Source: Sarea resinae
Lineage: Eukaryota
Reading direction: 5' to 3'
Length of the DNA stretch: 64,000 nt
Assembly: GCA_026026165.1 (NCBI GenBank)
Contig: JAPEUD010000002.1
Coordinates: 62,001 to 126,000 of the forward strand
How positions within the stretch are numbered: the stretch's first letter is position 1; each line of letters begins with the position of its first letter. Made by a program: the position numbers and the translations under genes. Below are positions 1-11,847 of this stretch, one piece after another. The notes below the pieces were generated by a model, which saw nothing but the letters and a program-made list of their open reading frames with translations, had not been told where the DNA came from and made no database searches.

Positions 1-2621
1 AGGAAGACACAGATCCACGAACCCCACGACCAGAACACAAAGCCGTGGATCAGGTAGATGGTGAAGATGTGCGGGAAAAGGAGCAGGAAGAGCTTGAACG
101 AGAAGATCTTCTGCGCGAACGGGCTGATTTCAATGAGAGCCTGGAAGCCGACACAGAAGACTAGCCCGTTGATCTTTGGCACGTAGTACTGCGGGTAGCC
201 TGGCGAAAATGTCTGAGCGATCGGCAGCCCGGATTGGATGTCGGGGTGGATGCCGTATTGGACGGTGGAGTAGTTGACACCCGTCCATTGGGAGACGAGA
301 TCGTGGGTGAGACCGCCGATACCACAGGCCGCGCAGAATATCACAACAGGATAGTAGACCCAGAGGTGCGAGTAGAGCCATTTCTTGTACTTGAAGGTGA
401 TGTCGAGATCGGCAAGCATGAGACCGAGCCAGAAGTACGAGCCCCACGAGAGCGCATACCAATGATTTACGACGACGAAGGCATAGAACGCGAAACGCTT
501 CCAGGGCGTCTTGACCTCACGGATCATAATGACGCCCAGCAAAACAATCCAAGAGCCTTGCAGTTGCACGGGTACGGTCCAGAGAACACCAGTGCAGTAG
601 TTGAAGGTGATCTGCGGAACGCCATTCGGGATCAGGTAGACGAGCTCCAGAATCTCGCTGACGAAGTTGCCGAAGCTGGTAAATTCGACGGTGAAGGGCC
701 AGGTGGACCAGGTGACGGAGGGTAGATATTCGAGCCATTTCAGGGCACCCGCATCCGAGAAGAAATACTCGAGTAGGACGATGGCTGTGATGGGGATCAT
801 AAGACGGAAGACGCGGCTAACGACCTTTTCGGCGACGCCGCTAAGCTTTCCGTTCCGGAGATAGCCCATCACAAGGAAACGAGTCGAACTGGTCAGGAAG
901 GGACCGATCCAGTTCTGGTTGAGCAGGTAGGCATTGATGGTCTTGCGCGTCCACGTTTCGCTCTTGTAATGGGCATAGGAACCAGGACTGAAACTGGCAG
1001 GGACGAAGGTCAGGACGAAATGGGTCACCGTGACGATGATAGAGGACATGGCGACAAGACCAGCCAGATGGTCCACACGCTGCCTGACGCGCGGAAGAGT
1101 GGCTGCTTGCGCGGCAGTCGTAGGAGCTGTTCCCGGTGGTACGGCGGTGACCGTGACGTCGGCGTTTTTGCCCTTCTCGGAGGCAATCACGTTGGGAGCG
1201 TGAACGTGATGTTCTTGGACGATTTCATTCTCCGACGTCACGCCGACTGCGAGACCAGGTCGTGTCGCACCAGCGCCCTCGATCGAATATCTGATCTTTG
1301 TGACATTGCCCGTCTCGTCTGGCGGCCCATCGACTCTTTGGACGACCTGATCATTGACGGGCGTTGGAGGCCGCGTCTCGTACAGTGGCAGAGGAGTTTC
1401 GGCTCCTGAAGGGGCCATCTCTTCGGGGGTCAGATCTCCAGACGTCGGTCCTGACGCGCCGAGCTTCTTGACTCTTCTCTTTTCCTTCAACGCTATCACC
1501 TTCTGCCACGGCTTTCGCTGAATGATAGCGTTCACCACCAGGAAAGTGCTCATAGAGATAGACGCAACCGCTATCGCGATAGGCACCCATCGGGCGGACC
1601 AGTGGTAGGGCTTTTGCTTCCACTTCAGAGTGGCCGCCCCGGGGAATGCGGTCGACCCACGAAGCTTCAGATCTTCCATCGAACAAGCAGCATCTGCCTC
1701 GGCCACTTTCAGACACCGCTTGTCGAATTCCTTGTGGTCATCATGCGACATCAAAGACGAATTGAAGAACATTCGCACCCAACCGACGTTGGCAACCGAG
1801 GCATTTCTCGGCGGCCCTTGCATCGCATAGGTGTCACCTTGCGAGTGGTGCTTAAAGTACAATGGAAGCGGGACAGTAGGAAACCCGCTGTAGTGACTTT
1901 TTTTCACGGACCGAGTCAGGTTTCCGCCAATATAGAAGTTGATCTCTTTATTCGTCCAATCCATCCGATACTCGGTGTAGTTCCATAGTGACTCGGTTGC
2001 GTTGATAGAGGCATTGAGGGCTACCGTGCTGAAATTGAGGCCAAGGTCCCGAGACGGAAAGTCGTCGTTGATCAGAGTGCTGACCCAGGCCATATCCGGC
2101 TCATCCGTGTTCTGGATGTTCATCTGAATCTGTTCCGTGTCATTGAACCAGAGCATCATCGTCAGCGCACTCCCTCCGGCATATGCCGGAGGTCCACGCA
2201 TCAACGATCTGAATGAGCCGTATTGGATATCACGTCGTAGTGATCTCAAAGAACTTCCGGGCACGACATGAGAATGCGTATATGGTAGGATGCCCATCTC
2301 GAGCGACTGAAATGGGGACCGCGACGCGGACGCATTATTGAGGGCAATATTTGACGATAGTGCACCTTCGCGGAAGACGGAATTCCAGTCCTTCTCGTAC
2401 GCATGCGTGTAGGTTTCGGCCTCGAAGTCTTCGATCGGCATACCAGTGGACTCATTGAAATAGATGATAGTAGATTCAGTGAAGAGCTCTTGGGTGGAGG
2501 CATCGTAGTAACCACACGAGCAATCCGTGTTGTTTGTTCCCGTGTGATTTGAGGCAGCATTAGCGGTAGCAAACAGAGCGCAAAGCCCTACGAGGGACAC
2601 CAACGCCGTAGGAAACCCCAT
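1..2621 (-). CDS. Secreted GH16/ConA-like domain + TM + acyltransferase-3 (AT3) fusion membrane protein, >=873 aa, runs off the left edge of the window
   Basis: Absent from the ORF track because it has no stop inside the window. Hand translation from ATG 2621 shows a signal peptide (MGFPTALVSLVGLCALFATANA), then DCSCGYYD and a GH16-like region (RRDIQYGSFRSLMR...NDTEQIQMNIQN...YTEYRMDWT...FYIGG). A TM helix (WVPIAIAVASISMSTFLVVNAII) and a low-complexity linker follow. The multi-TM AT3-like region has RVDHLAGLVAMSSIIVTVTHF, SRVFRLMIP, GVLWTVPVQLQGSW and FTIYLIHG. The frame is the same from 2621 to 3. Confidence 0.85.
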   Translation of the reverse strand, partial: MGFPTALVSLVGLCALFATANAASNHTGTNNTDCSCGYYDASTQELFTESTIIYFNESTGMPIEDFEAETYTHAYEKDWNSVFREGALSSNIALNNASASRSPFQSLEMGILPYTHSHVVPGSSLRSLRRDIQYGSFRSLMRGPPAYAGGSALTMMLWFNDTEQIQMNIQNTDEPDMAWVSTLINDDFPSRDLGLNFSTVALNASINATESLWNYTEYRMDWTNKEINFYIGGNLTRSVKKSHYSGFPTVPLPLYFKHHSQGDTYAMQGPPRNASVANVGWVRMFFNSSLMSHDDHKEFDKRCLKVAEADAACSMEDLKLRGSTAFPGAATLKWKQKPYHWSARWVPIAIAVASISMSTFLVVNAIIQRKPWQKVIALKEKRRVKKLGASGPTSGDLTPEEMAPSGAETPLPLYETRPPTPVNDQVVQRVDGPPDETGNVTKIRYSIEGAGATRPGLAVGVTSENEIVQEHHVHAPNVIASEKGKNADVTVTAVPPGTAPTTAAQAATLPRVRQRVDHLAGLVAMSSIIVTVTHFVLTFVPASFSPGSYAHYKSETWTRKTINAYLLNQNWIGPFLTSSTRFLVMGYLRNGKLSGVAEKVVSRVFRLMIPITAIVLLEYFFSDAGALKWLEYLPSVTWSTWPFTVEFTSFGNFVSEILELVYLIPNGVPQITFNYCTGVLWTVPVQLQGSWIVLLGVIMIREVKTPWKRFAFYAFVVVNHWYALSWGSYFWLGLMLADLDITFKYKKWLYSHLWVYYPVVIFCAACGIGGLTHDLVSQWTGVNYSTVQYGIHPDIQSGLPIAQTFSPGYPQYYVPKINGLVFCVGFQALIEISPFAQKIFSFKLFLLLFPHIFTIYLIHGFVFWSWGSWICVF

Positions 2622-5104
2622 GGTGGTCGAGTTTGAAGTTCACGGAGAACGACAGAGATCGAATTCGACGACTACTCCTTACATAGGTGCGAGCAGCAAA
2701 GGTTGCGTCCTTATCGAAGCCCGATCAGGCAGAAAAGCAAAGAAGTATCCCGTAAACCAAGGCCAAGGTGGTATCACAACATGATGTAGTCAACTTCGCC
2801 CCGCCAAGCTGCACTGGATCGTGCAGTTCCGAGAGCTCCTTCTGAACCGTAAGTTTAAGTCTCCACAATAATAGATGACTGGACTTACCGGCTACCTTGT
2901 CTTGCCCCTAAGCAGGGGAGCTCCATCACCCATGTCCGGACTTCCCAACAAACAGGGGAAGGCTTATCCTGCATCTCTGAGATAAGCATCATGCCCTTGG
3001 ATAGTGTTCGTCACGGGCTGTGCATTACTTGCGCGCAGACAGAAAAGTTACGGTGGCGTCAGCCGTGGGCCGGCTAGCAGACAGACGCCTCGAACGTCGA
3101 TCCTGCAAGATCAGAGAAGGTCGAAATAGCCGGTGCATCTGCCTGTTGTGGTAGGTCTTCTTAGGCCCACCCAAAGCAGGAGGTAGTCGGGAACTTTTCT
3201 CGGAGTCTTGATTTGGAGCTTCGTCAGGGTCCTACGGTATCTGGCATGAAGGCATATGCCGACCGGATTAGTGGTTGCACTACTCCGAGTACACACGTCC
3301 TCTGTAAGTAGCATGTAACTTCGTAGAGCACACAAAGAGCACTATGGTAGTCTCTGGCCACGCTTGTGCCTGAGGCCGCGGGTGCTTGTGCACAGACAGA
3401 AGGAAAGTCTGTCTGGGCCCCAGGGGGCCATCTAATCAGACTGCCATGCAGATGATAACGGGGGGCGAAGACGACCGGGTGTCAACACGACTTGATCTGA
3501 CGTGGTTCGATATACATCGAGAGCCCCCTGCTTGCAGGATCAGGTACTGTATCAGGTTGCGGCTTGCTGGTTGCTGGTTGCTGGCCGTAGGAGGTCGTAG
3601 GCTGCAGCTGGCGGCTGGTTCGGGGGGAGTTACTCTGCTCCGGGCGACGCATGAGTCGGAGGCCTCGAGGAAGCCATCAATTCGAGGCGGGTGGACGTAG
3701 GTGGCTTCCACAATTGGGACAGTGCCAGATTGCTAGAGCCTACCTTAATCAATATTCCCTCGTGGATCCGCAAGATGATGTCTGGATGGGGAAGGAAAAG
3801 CGATTGAGAAATCTCTGCGGTGTGCGGTAGGGATGTGGAGTTGCAAAGATGGCGGCATGGAGGCATGTACGAAGTACATAGTAGGGAGCTGGAGGATAAA
3901 GTGGAGTCGGCGAGACGGGTTAGACTGCCACCACAGCGACGGCGATAATACTACAAAGTAGTTTATTGATCCTAGCCCTTAACGCAGTCCCCAGGCACCC
4001 CCGTCGGCCCCCCCCGTCGGCCCTGTTCACGCCATTCGAGCCCTTCGACGCCCCGCCCCTTTACGGCGTAAGCCACCCTTCTCCCTTCTAGGGCCGAATC
4101 CTCCTTTCCATTACCTACGAGGACGGCAGTAGCACGCCCTGACCCTCCTCCAGCTAACCCCCACTCGGCCACTGCTGCCCTGCAATCGTCGTCCGAAAGC
4201 GGCAATCCATGGGATCGATGTACTACTGAAGTACGAATATCGACGCCCTGCGCCAGCATGGACTCCCCGGCCACATCTCGAAGCTTTTAGCTTGTACCCT
4301 GCCGCTACACTCTATCTCGAGGAGAAGGCGCTTATCCCTCCCCGACATGCCCTTAATTGCCATTGCCTATTGCTCGATGCCCATAAGTACTTCGTACAGA
4401 GAGCAGTAACGACGTAGGTGCCGGATCAATGCCCTGAATCTCCGAGGTGGGACCGCCACCATTGGCCACTGCCGGGACCGCAGTTAGCGTCTTCCGTTGG
4501 CCTTGTTCGCCTTCCCGTTCGACATCACATGTACTCTACTCCGTAGGCATCTTCGTGACACAACTCTGGTGATAATCGTGAAGATACCACCATCTACATC
4601 CATCGCTAGACCTAACTCGTACTCGACCACTCGTCCCTCTGCTCCCTCTGCACGATATGGGTATGGGTCTTCCGGACAGGTCGGACAGGCCGGACAGACA
4701 GGGCAGACAGGGCAGACGGGGGGGCCCAAAGGGTCGTCGATCATGTCTCCATTGGGGAGCTTCGAAAGAAGCCGCTTGCATGCTGGTATTATTGTCCTCT
4801 GGGCCAGAGGGTGGCAGCGTCCCTCGACGCTCATATCCCGGAAGCTCGATATGCAGGCATATTATCTCCCCCCCACCAACCGGGTAGGCGTAGCTCCCGT
4901 CTCCATCAACATATTATTATGCGTTGGGAGAGCCAGATTCCGTCGACGTCGAGCTGAAGAGAGATCTTTAACGGTGATCGGCCCCTCGTTATTTGTTTGA
5001 GCTCCTCCATCGACCGAGCTCCCCTTTCTCATCTTATCGTGCCATCCGACGCTCGTTGCCTTACGACATTCGTTGCCGTTCGACACTTTCACATTCTTTC
5101 CAAG

Positions 5105-6852
5105 ATGGCCGATAGAGACATGGAGATCACCGCGGTGCAGAGCCCTCACTTCCCCCGCAGCTCTGCCTCCACCTCGGTGCAAGAGAAGCCTTCGACTGAC
5201 GGCAAGGACTTTGCCATCACCATCGAAGAGCCTCCTTTGCCCGCGTACTCCGATTCATCCATCAAGGAGCCCCGGACCGATGAGAAGGGCGGCAAGGATG
5301 CCAAGGACTTCGCCATCACCGTCGTCGAAGAGCCGTTGAGCTCTGGCCCTAGCAGTGTTGACCTACCTCGTACGGGGGCCAAGTTTGCCTTGCAGAATGC
5401 CACTGCAAAGTCGACCGCATTCATTCAGGAGTGGACTCCCTTCCTCCTGGTCGCATCATACTTCGTCTTCTCAACGTGCATCTACATGGTGTGCACCGCG
5501 AGGCTTATCTCGATCTTTTGGTTCATCTATCTCTCGACGAATTTCTACATCGCCGGAACCACGGTTACGGAGGCTTTCATAAGCATTGAGCCCTGCAGAG
5601 ATGCCCGAAAAGTGGTGGAAAGGCTTGCGGAGAAGAATTGGGTTTTCCCAACTCCCGATGACCAGTGCTTGATCCTCGATCTTGTGATCGTTGCCTATCT
5701 GCCCAACGAGAAGGACATTATCATGGATCGAATTCAATACCTCTGCGAGAAGATCATCTACCCAGCCGACAAGATTAGAATCAATGTCGTCTACAACACG
5801 CCGAAGCCAATCGAGCCGCTGGAGACGGAAATGCGATCTCTCGCAAGCAAATACTCGAACCTTCGCATCCACAAGGTTTTGGATTCTACGTCCAAGGCCG
5901 ACAACCTGAACTACTTCTTCACGCTCGATACTGGTGCGGATGTTATCGCTATCTACGACTGCGACCACTATCCCCATCCGTATGGCCCACGTCATGCAAT
6001 GGAGAGGTTCCATCAAGACAAGACGGTTGATATTGTTCAAGGCCGATGCATTGTCTTCAATGCTGCAGATACGCTCATCACCGGAATGATCTCGGTCGAG
6101 TTTGACAAGATCTACGCTGTCTCTCATCCCGGCCGTGCTACCATGTTTGGTTTCGGTCTATTCACTGGTTCAAACGGTTACTGGCGGGCGGATCTCATTC
6201 GAGAACTCCGAATGGACGACTCCATGTTGACCGAAGATATTGACTCCAGCTTGCGATCAATCGAGCATGGAGCGAAGACTGTCCACGATCTCAATGTGGT
6301 CTCCTACGAACTTGCACCAACGACTCTGAAAGCCTTGTGGTCACAACGACTCCGATGGGCACAAGGATGGGCACAAGCGAGTATCAAGCACATTCCCCTG
6401 ATTTTCAGCCGAGCATCGCACGGCAGCCGTGACGTTAAGACCCGATTCGGTATTTTATCTTTGCTGATCGTCCGAGAATGGAGTTACTACCTGGTCACTC
6501 AATATTTCTGTCTGGTCCTCAGCATCGTCATCACGGCTTTCCCCAAATCTGCCCACTCGTTCGCGAAATTCATCTACTTCCAGTACCCCGTGTCCGAATG
6601 GCTGTTCATTATTAGGTACGTCCATCGCTCCCATTTTGAGTACTCCGATACTGATCCTCGTGCAGTTTGACATGTTTGATTGCCACCCTCGTCATCACGT
6701 TCCGCGTCAAATCGGAATTCATCACGCCGGGGATGATCGTCATGTTTTCTGCCTTCTATCCGGTGTACTTGGTTCTCATGGCCGTGGTCGGTCTGTACGG
6801 CCACGCAAGACAAGTGAGCAAGTATTCGTCATGGAACCCGACTGCTCGGTGA
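5105..6852 (+). CDS. Processive family-2 glycosyltransferase (polysaccharide synthase-like), 2 exons
   Basis: Contains the D,D,D,QxxRW signature: YLPNE, KADNLN, YDCDH, TEDID, QRLRWAQGW. TM helices lie on both sides. Intron 6616-6665 (GTACGT...CTGAT...GCAG) joins ...FIIS-LTCLIATL... and the stop is TGA at 6850-6852. Confidence 0.9.
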
Positions 6853-9800
6853 AGCAGCAGCACGATGGGCACAATTAGACTTGGGGGTGGGCGGGGTTGG
6901 CGTTATTCACTCCTTCATGCTGGGGTTTGCTGGGTGGGTACTCGGTTTGGGGGGTCCACGCGTAACACTTTACGATTCTTGATGCAATACACGTCAAACC
7001 AATTAGAATTACCATTGCATATAGAGTTTTTCGGACAACGGTTCCTTGCAGACAATTAATGCCGAGGCCCGGTTGGGCATTGCACATTGCATCTTGAACA
7101 TCCATGGCGAATATTGCCTTTGCCTTGATCGTGTCATGACTGCAAGAATGGCATGGTGAAGAGGAAAAACATTTCGAATTGGGCGCCGGGAGATCGGCAA
7201 GGCAGCAAATGCCATTGTACTACGACGACGGCCAGCGATGAAGAAATGAAGTGATGAAGTGATTCTGGTGGCCGGAAGGAGGAATTGATAAGCCCGTCGA
7301 TATTGGAGATTGATTAAGGTAATGACTAGGTCCGGGTCAGTGAGCACATTATTGATGATGGTGGTGGATGGCGAATATCAGTATATCACGATGAAAAAGG
7401 CTTGGCATGGGCAGATACCCAAGGTAGTACCTGTACGCAGTGCCTACTACTATGAGTAGTGCGAATGCGAGGGAACCTGATAGCCTTCGTAGGTCTGTAC
7501 TACGTTGGTAGGTAGGTACCTTTGCATCCATTCCCTTTAGAAATGAGACCCTCCAGCTGTCTGGACGCCCAAAGGACCCCGAAAGAATCAGATACCTGAT
7601 GTAGGTACTCAAGTATCTTTTGGGGCGGGGATGGGGGGAGGCGACTTCGGCGATCTTGGAAGAGTTCAGCAGCTCCATTACCTGACGACCTTACCTACTA
7701 CCTAGGGTAAGGTAGGTACCTTACCTACCTCCCTAGTAGTACTGTACCTACATCAAATACCACTACTGTACTGGAGATGGAGGTTACTAATGTAGCCTAC
7801 CGGCCAGTTCCCGAGAAAGAACCTTATTATCCACCTCGGAGCAGCGATGGATACAGAGTAGCTCGCACTCTAGTCGGCTCGGTCATCATGGATGGCCCGC
7901 AGCACGACATGATATCTGCACATCCCGAAGCAATATGGAAGGCGAAGAAGGATGGGAGACGGCGCAGCAGGGGAGTCATAGAAACGAGTCTGTTATCTCC
8001 GTTATCTCTTCACGTGTTTATCTCCCATCAAGGCTGTTCCCTTCTCTTCGGCCGCGTGTGAGAGAATCGGGAGTTGGTCAGTCGTTAGGCTGCTGTTCCC
8101 CACGCGAGTTCTGTTCCGAACTGACCAAATGGAACGGGACCGTTCAGGGGATCATTTGCCATGTTCTTGCCTCGAGGTGGGCACGCAGGCACTGCTGGCG
8201 GTTGCCCAGTCACTAAGTTGGCGAGCGGATCATCCAGCCCAAGTCAGAACTGTAATTCTCAATGGAGATCCGGTCGTCACGGTAGTGACGGCAGTGGAGG
8301 GACAATTAATATCCGTAAAGTCTGTTCGATGGGTACCCTCCTGATTTTCCTTTCTCCATCAGGCCCAGACCCGGTCGAGCAGGCAGCGTCGAGTGCATGG
8401 CTGAAGACGACTCATTTGGATGGATGGCTTGGCATCAATCTCTGTTCTTGGCAAGTCATGAGCCATCGCCATAGGTCGGTCCCTCAGGTCGCAGCCATTG
8501 GCCATTAGCGACGTTTCTTATTTAGTAGGCACTCTAGCTTTCTTGGCACGCAGACGTGTCAGGAACGCGCATACCGGCAGAGGCAGGAGGGAGCTGAAGG
8601 GAGCTGGAGCGGAGTGAACGGCGGTACCTACGTGGTACCTGCCGGGGGGATCTATCCAGGTACCTCGTCCCTTCTTGTGCATCCTGTCTGGCCTATTTGC
8701 ACCCTTTGCACCCTTTGCAGCCTCTGCACCATCTGCTTTTTGCTTCTTCCCATTAACCTTTCGACCCGTCTCTTCCACCGGATCCTAGTGAGAGCGCTTG
8801 AGGCAAACGCCATCCTCGGCCATGCTCCGCCATCCACCGCCATCCACCGCCATCCACCCGTTAGGTGGCATGTGGAGACATGTTTCCCAGGTGGGACGAG
8901 GTCATGGATATGCATCCCAGAGAGGAAATAGCCAAACAACCAACTACGAGTCCGCTGCGCACCAGGTACTTCCTACCTGACCTACTTTACTTACCTTACA
9001 CGGAGCTACACTACCCTTGGTATCCGACGACGCCCTACCTTATCCTATCTGACCTGCCTACCTACTCTATTCGACATGCTAGAATTAGCCCGTCCAACAT
9101 TCCGAATCATGCGGTCGAGCAGAGTCCTCCAGCTGGCCCTTTAACCGGGTCCTAATCAATCGGCGCATCTATATCTAAGGTACACCTGAGCTACCTGAGA
9201 GATCCATGCTTAGCCGGCACCCTACGCGAGTAGAGCGTCCGTACTTGCCTGCGTTAATCGACCCGAATCGATCAGCAACTTATGCTAGAAGTCCTTGGCC
9301 CGTCGCCGTCGCAATCACCGTCGCCGTCTCCGTCTTCTCCGTCCGTCACCACCAGATTGCAATGCTGTAAACGAAACTTGTCTCTCAGCCTTTGCCTCAA
9401 ATGGAGGGAGCCATGACCCAGTCACAGCACTACTGCTAATATCACCGCTGCTATGGACTAGAGTACTGCCGATGTGACTTCTCTCCCGACGGCACCCGCG
9501 AGATCTCGTTGGCCTTGTTCGAGACCGAATCATTCCTGCCTCTGTTTCCCTTTCTTATCGATCCTTGATCCCGTCCCGAGGACAAGAGAAACAGAGGGAG
9601 AGATATGAAATCAGGATAGGAGAGATAGAGGGAGAGATAGAGATAGAGGGGAGTCACGATAGATATGCCATTGCCCATCTCGTTATCATCCTTTGCCATC
9701 CATGGTCTCCTATCATCACGACTATCTATCTACACATGATCGTATTCGTACTCGTCCCGTCCCAACGTCCCGTCCAGACGGGAGACGGCCGTCGTCAGTC

Positions 9801-10473
9801 GTCAGTCTGTCTCATCTTAGCGTCACGATCAGCTTTGACCAAGTCCTCACCTTCTTGTTGTCGTGCATCCCACACGTCGTACATTAGGCCATAGGGCAGC
9901 GCAGGGTTGAGGCAAGATGAAGCACCAGGATGGGTGAGCCGGGCATATGAAGCATCTGAAGTCACGGCTAGCCCGTAAAGGGAAGTCTGCTCTAAATTCT
10001 CGAGCCGCGGGAATAAAGTGGAACCCCCCCCCCCTTCCCCCTCCCCCTGCGGTGGGTTATTTCGTTGATTCGCATCTGGTCTCCTGCTTCGAATAGGAAA
10101 GATCGACGGCCCAGCTCTGGACTGAAAGGAGACTGGTGAGCTCAGAGGCGTCGGAGCATCCTGGAGCTCCATAGTTTAGCCTCTGCCGCATACTATGCAG
10201 TTCTCGACGCTCAACACTACGCACTCCCCTGCAACCCTTGCACTACTTGCACTACTCTTGCTCTCTTACTTGCCCCCCGGCACAAGGCTTGATGTCTGAT
10301 CGATCCGGCACATGGAGCCTTACTGACCGCATGGGAGCACGTTACCTGATGCAAGCCTGGGAGGTTAAAGAGTCTGACGCGCTGGCTGTCCGACGGGCTG
10401 CGGCAGTGTTAAGTTGTTGCAGAGAAGCAGCAGCAGCAGACCTTCCGCGCACGAGCAGGCAGGCACGATCAAG

Positions 10474-11847
10474 ATGGGGAGCCTTTCAGTTCCCAAGCTT
10501 CCAAAGCTCCCTCAGCTCTTGAAGGAGCAATATCCCAAGATCACCGAGCAGCAGTATCTTCTCGGTCTGCGCGGTGTCTTCGTCATTGAAGCCTTTCTCT
10601 GGGTGTTTTTGCAGGTCTTCGCCCCGGCTGCCGTCAAAGATGCCAACAATCACCGCGGACCGCATTATCAGGTCATGTTCCGGAAGACGCTCTCTGTTCT
10701 GTTCTGGAACGAAACCCTCATCTATTCCGCCATCATCTTGATCTCCGCCCGAACCATCTGCATTTCTTTTCTGCGAGACTCGAACAAGACCAATCTCGCC
10801 AGCGCCTTGTTTCGCCGAGGTCTCCGTCTCTGGTTCCCGGCGGCGGTGGCATTGGCCATCGTAATGCTCATCTTCTCTCAGACTGGAACGAGCTACATCG
10901 GCCATTTCCAGGACCACACGCACAACTCGTCCTTCAACTCGCCCTATCTCATCCCCAATGCTCTCGCCTACTTCAATTCCGTCTTCAACATCTTCTGGAC
11001 GGTGCATAAATATAACGAGCAGGCGGCCAGTACGGCGTTCCCTTCGCAGACGCTATGGATCTTGAGTGTCATCTACCAGCAGAGCTATACCATCTATATC
11101 TCCATGATCATCATCCCGTTTACGCGGAATTCATGGCGCGTCAAGGCCTGGATCCTCTACATCATCACGGCATGGTGGGTGCAGTCCTGGGCGTGGTACT
11201 CGATTACCGGTCTGGCACTGGCCGACATGGTCATGAATATGGGGTTCAAGGAGAAGGCTCGACGTGGCATCCCAATCTGGAGGTCGATCCGGTGTCCGGT
11301 GTGGATCCCCTACTCGATCATCATGGCTGCTGGCCTCATCATGCAGTACCTCTGGGTGGCCTGGAGACCGCAGTACGAGAACCGCGAGCTCCGCATTCAC
11401 ACGGGCGAGTATTACACTGGCGGATTGAACAATCAGTACGACATCAACCAGCCGCAGGCCCGAGATGACAACTATCTCGTCTTGGTGGGCTTGTTCCTCT
11501 TCCTTGAGACATATGATGTCCTGCAGTGGATCCTCTCCAATCGATTCTTCTTATACCTGGGAACGAGGTCGTTGAGTAAGTTTCGCGAACCCGTTCGCAT
11601 TATTGAGTCGATGCTAACGAAACTCTAAGGCTACTTCTTCATGCAAGGGATCATCATCTACACCGCTGGAATCAAGCTGTTCATGCATCTCAATGTCGAG
11701 AAGCATCTGAGCCACCCGGCCAGCAATGTTGTCACCTTGATTGTCTGCCTCATCACCACTGTCGTGGGAGCCGAAGTCTTTCACCGACTGATCGACTATC
11801 CGTCGCAGCTGCTGGCGCACAAGTTCTTCGATTGGATCCAGGAATAA
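10474..11847 (+). CDS. Stand-alone acyltransferase-3 (AT3)-like polytopic membrane protein, 2 exons
   Basis: AT3-type motifs QYLLGLRG, FRRGLRLWFP, TLWILSVIYQQS, YLGTRSLSYFFMQ and FHRLIDYPS. Intron 11576-11629 (GTAAGT...CTAAC...AAG) restores the frame into ORF 11641-11847. Confidence 0.85.

Noticed and set aside
130..1988. Several listed ORFs (e.g. 234-725, 969-1409, 1602-1988 on +)
   Set aside because: They are antisense or off-frame shadows of the long minus-strand GH16-AT3 ORF.
6900..10400. Possible extra cluster gene between the GT2 and AT3 genes
   Set aside because: Only short ORFs without motifs or coherent exon structure. TACC/GGTA quasi-palindromes (~7690-7740) are common fungal intergenic low-complexity sequence.
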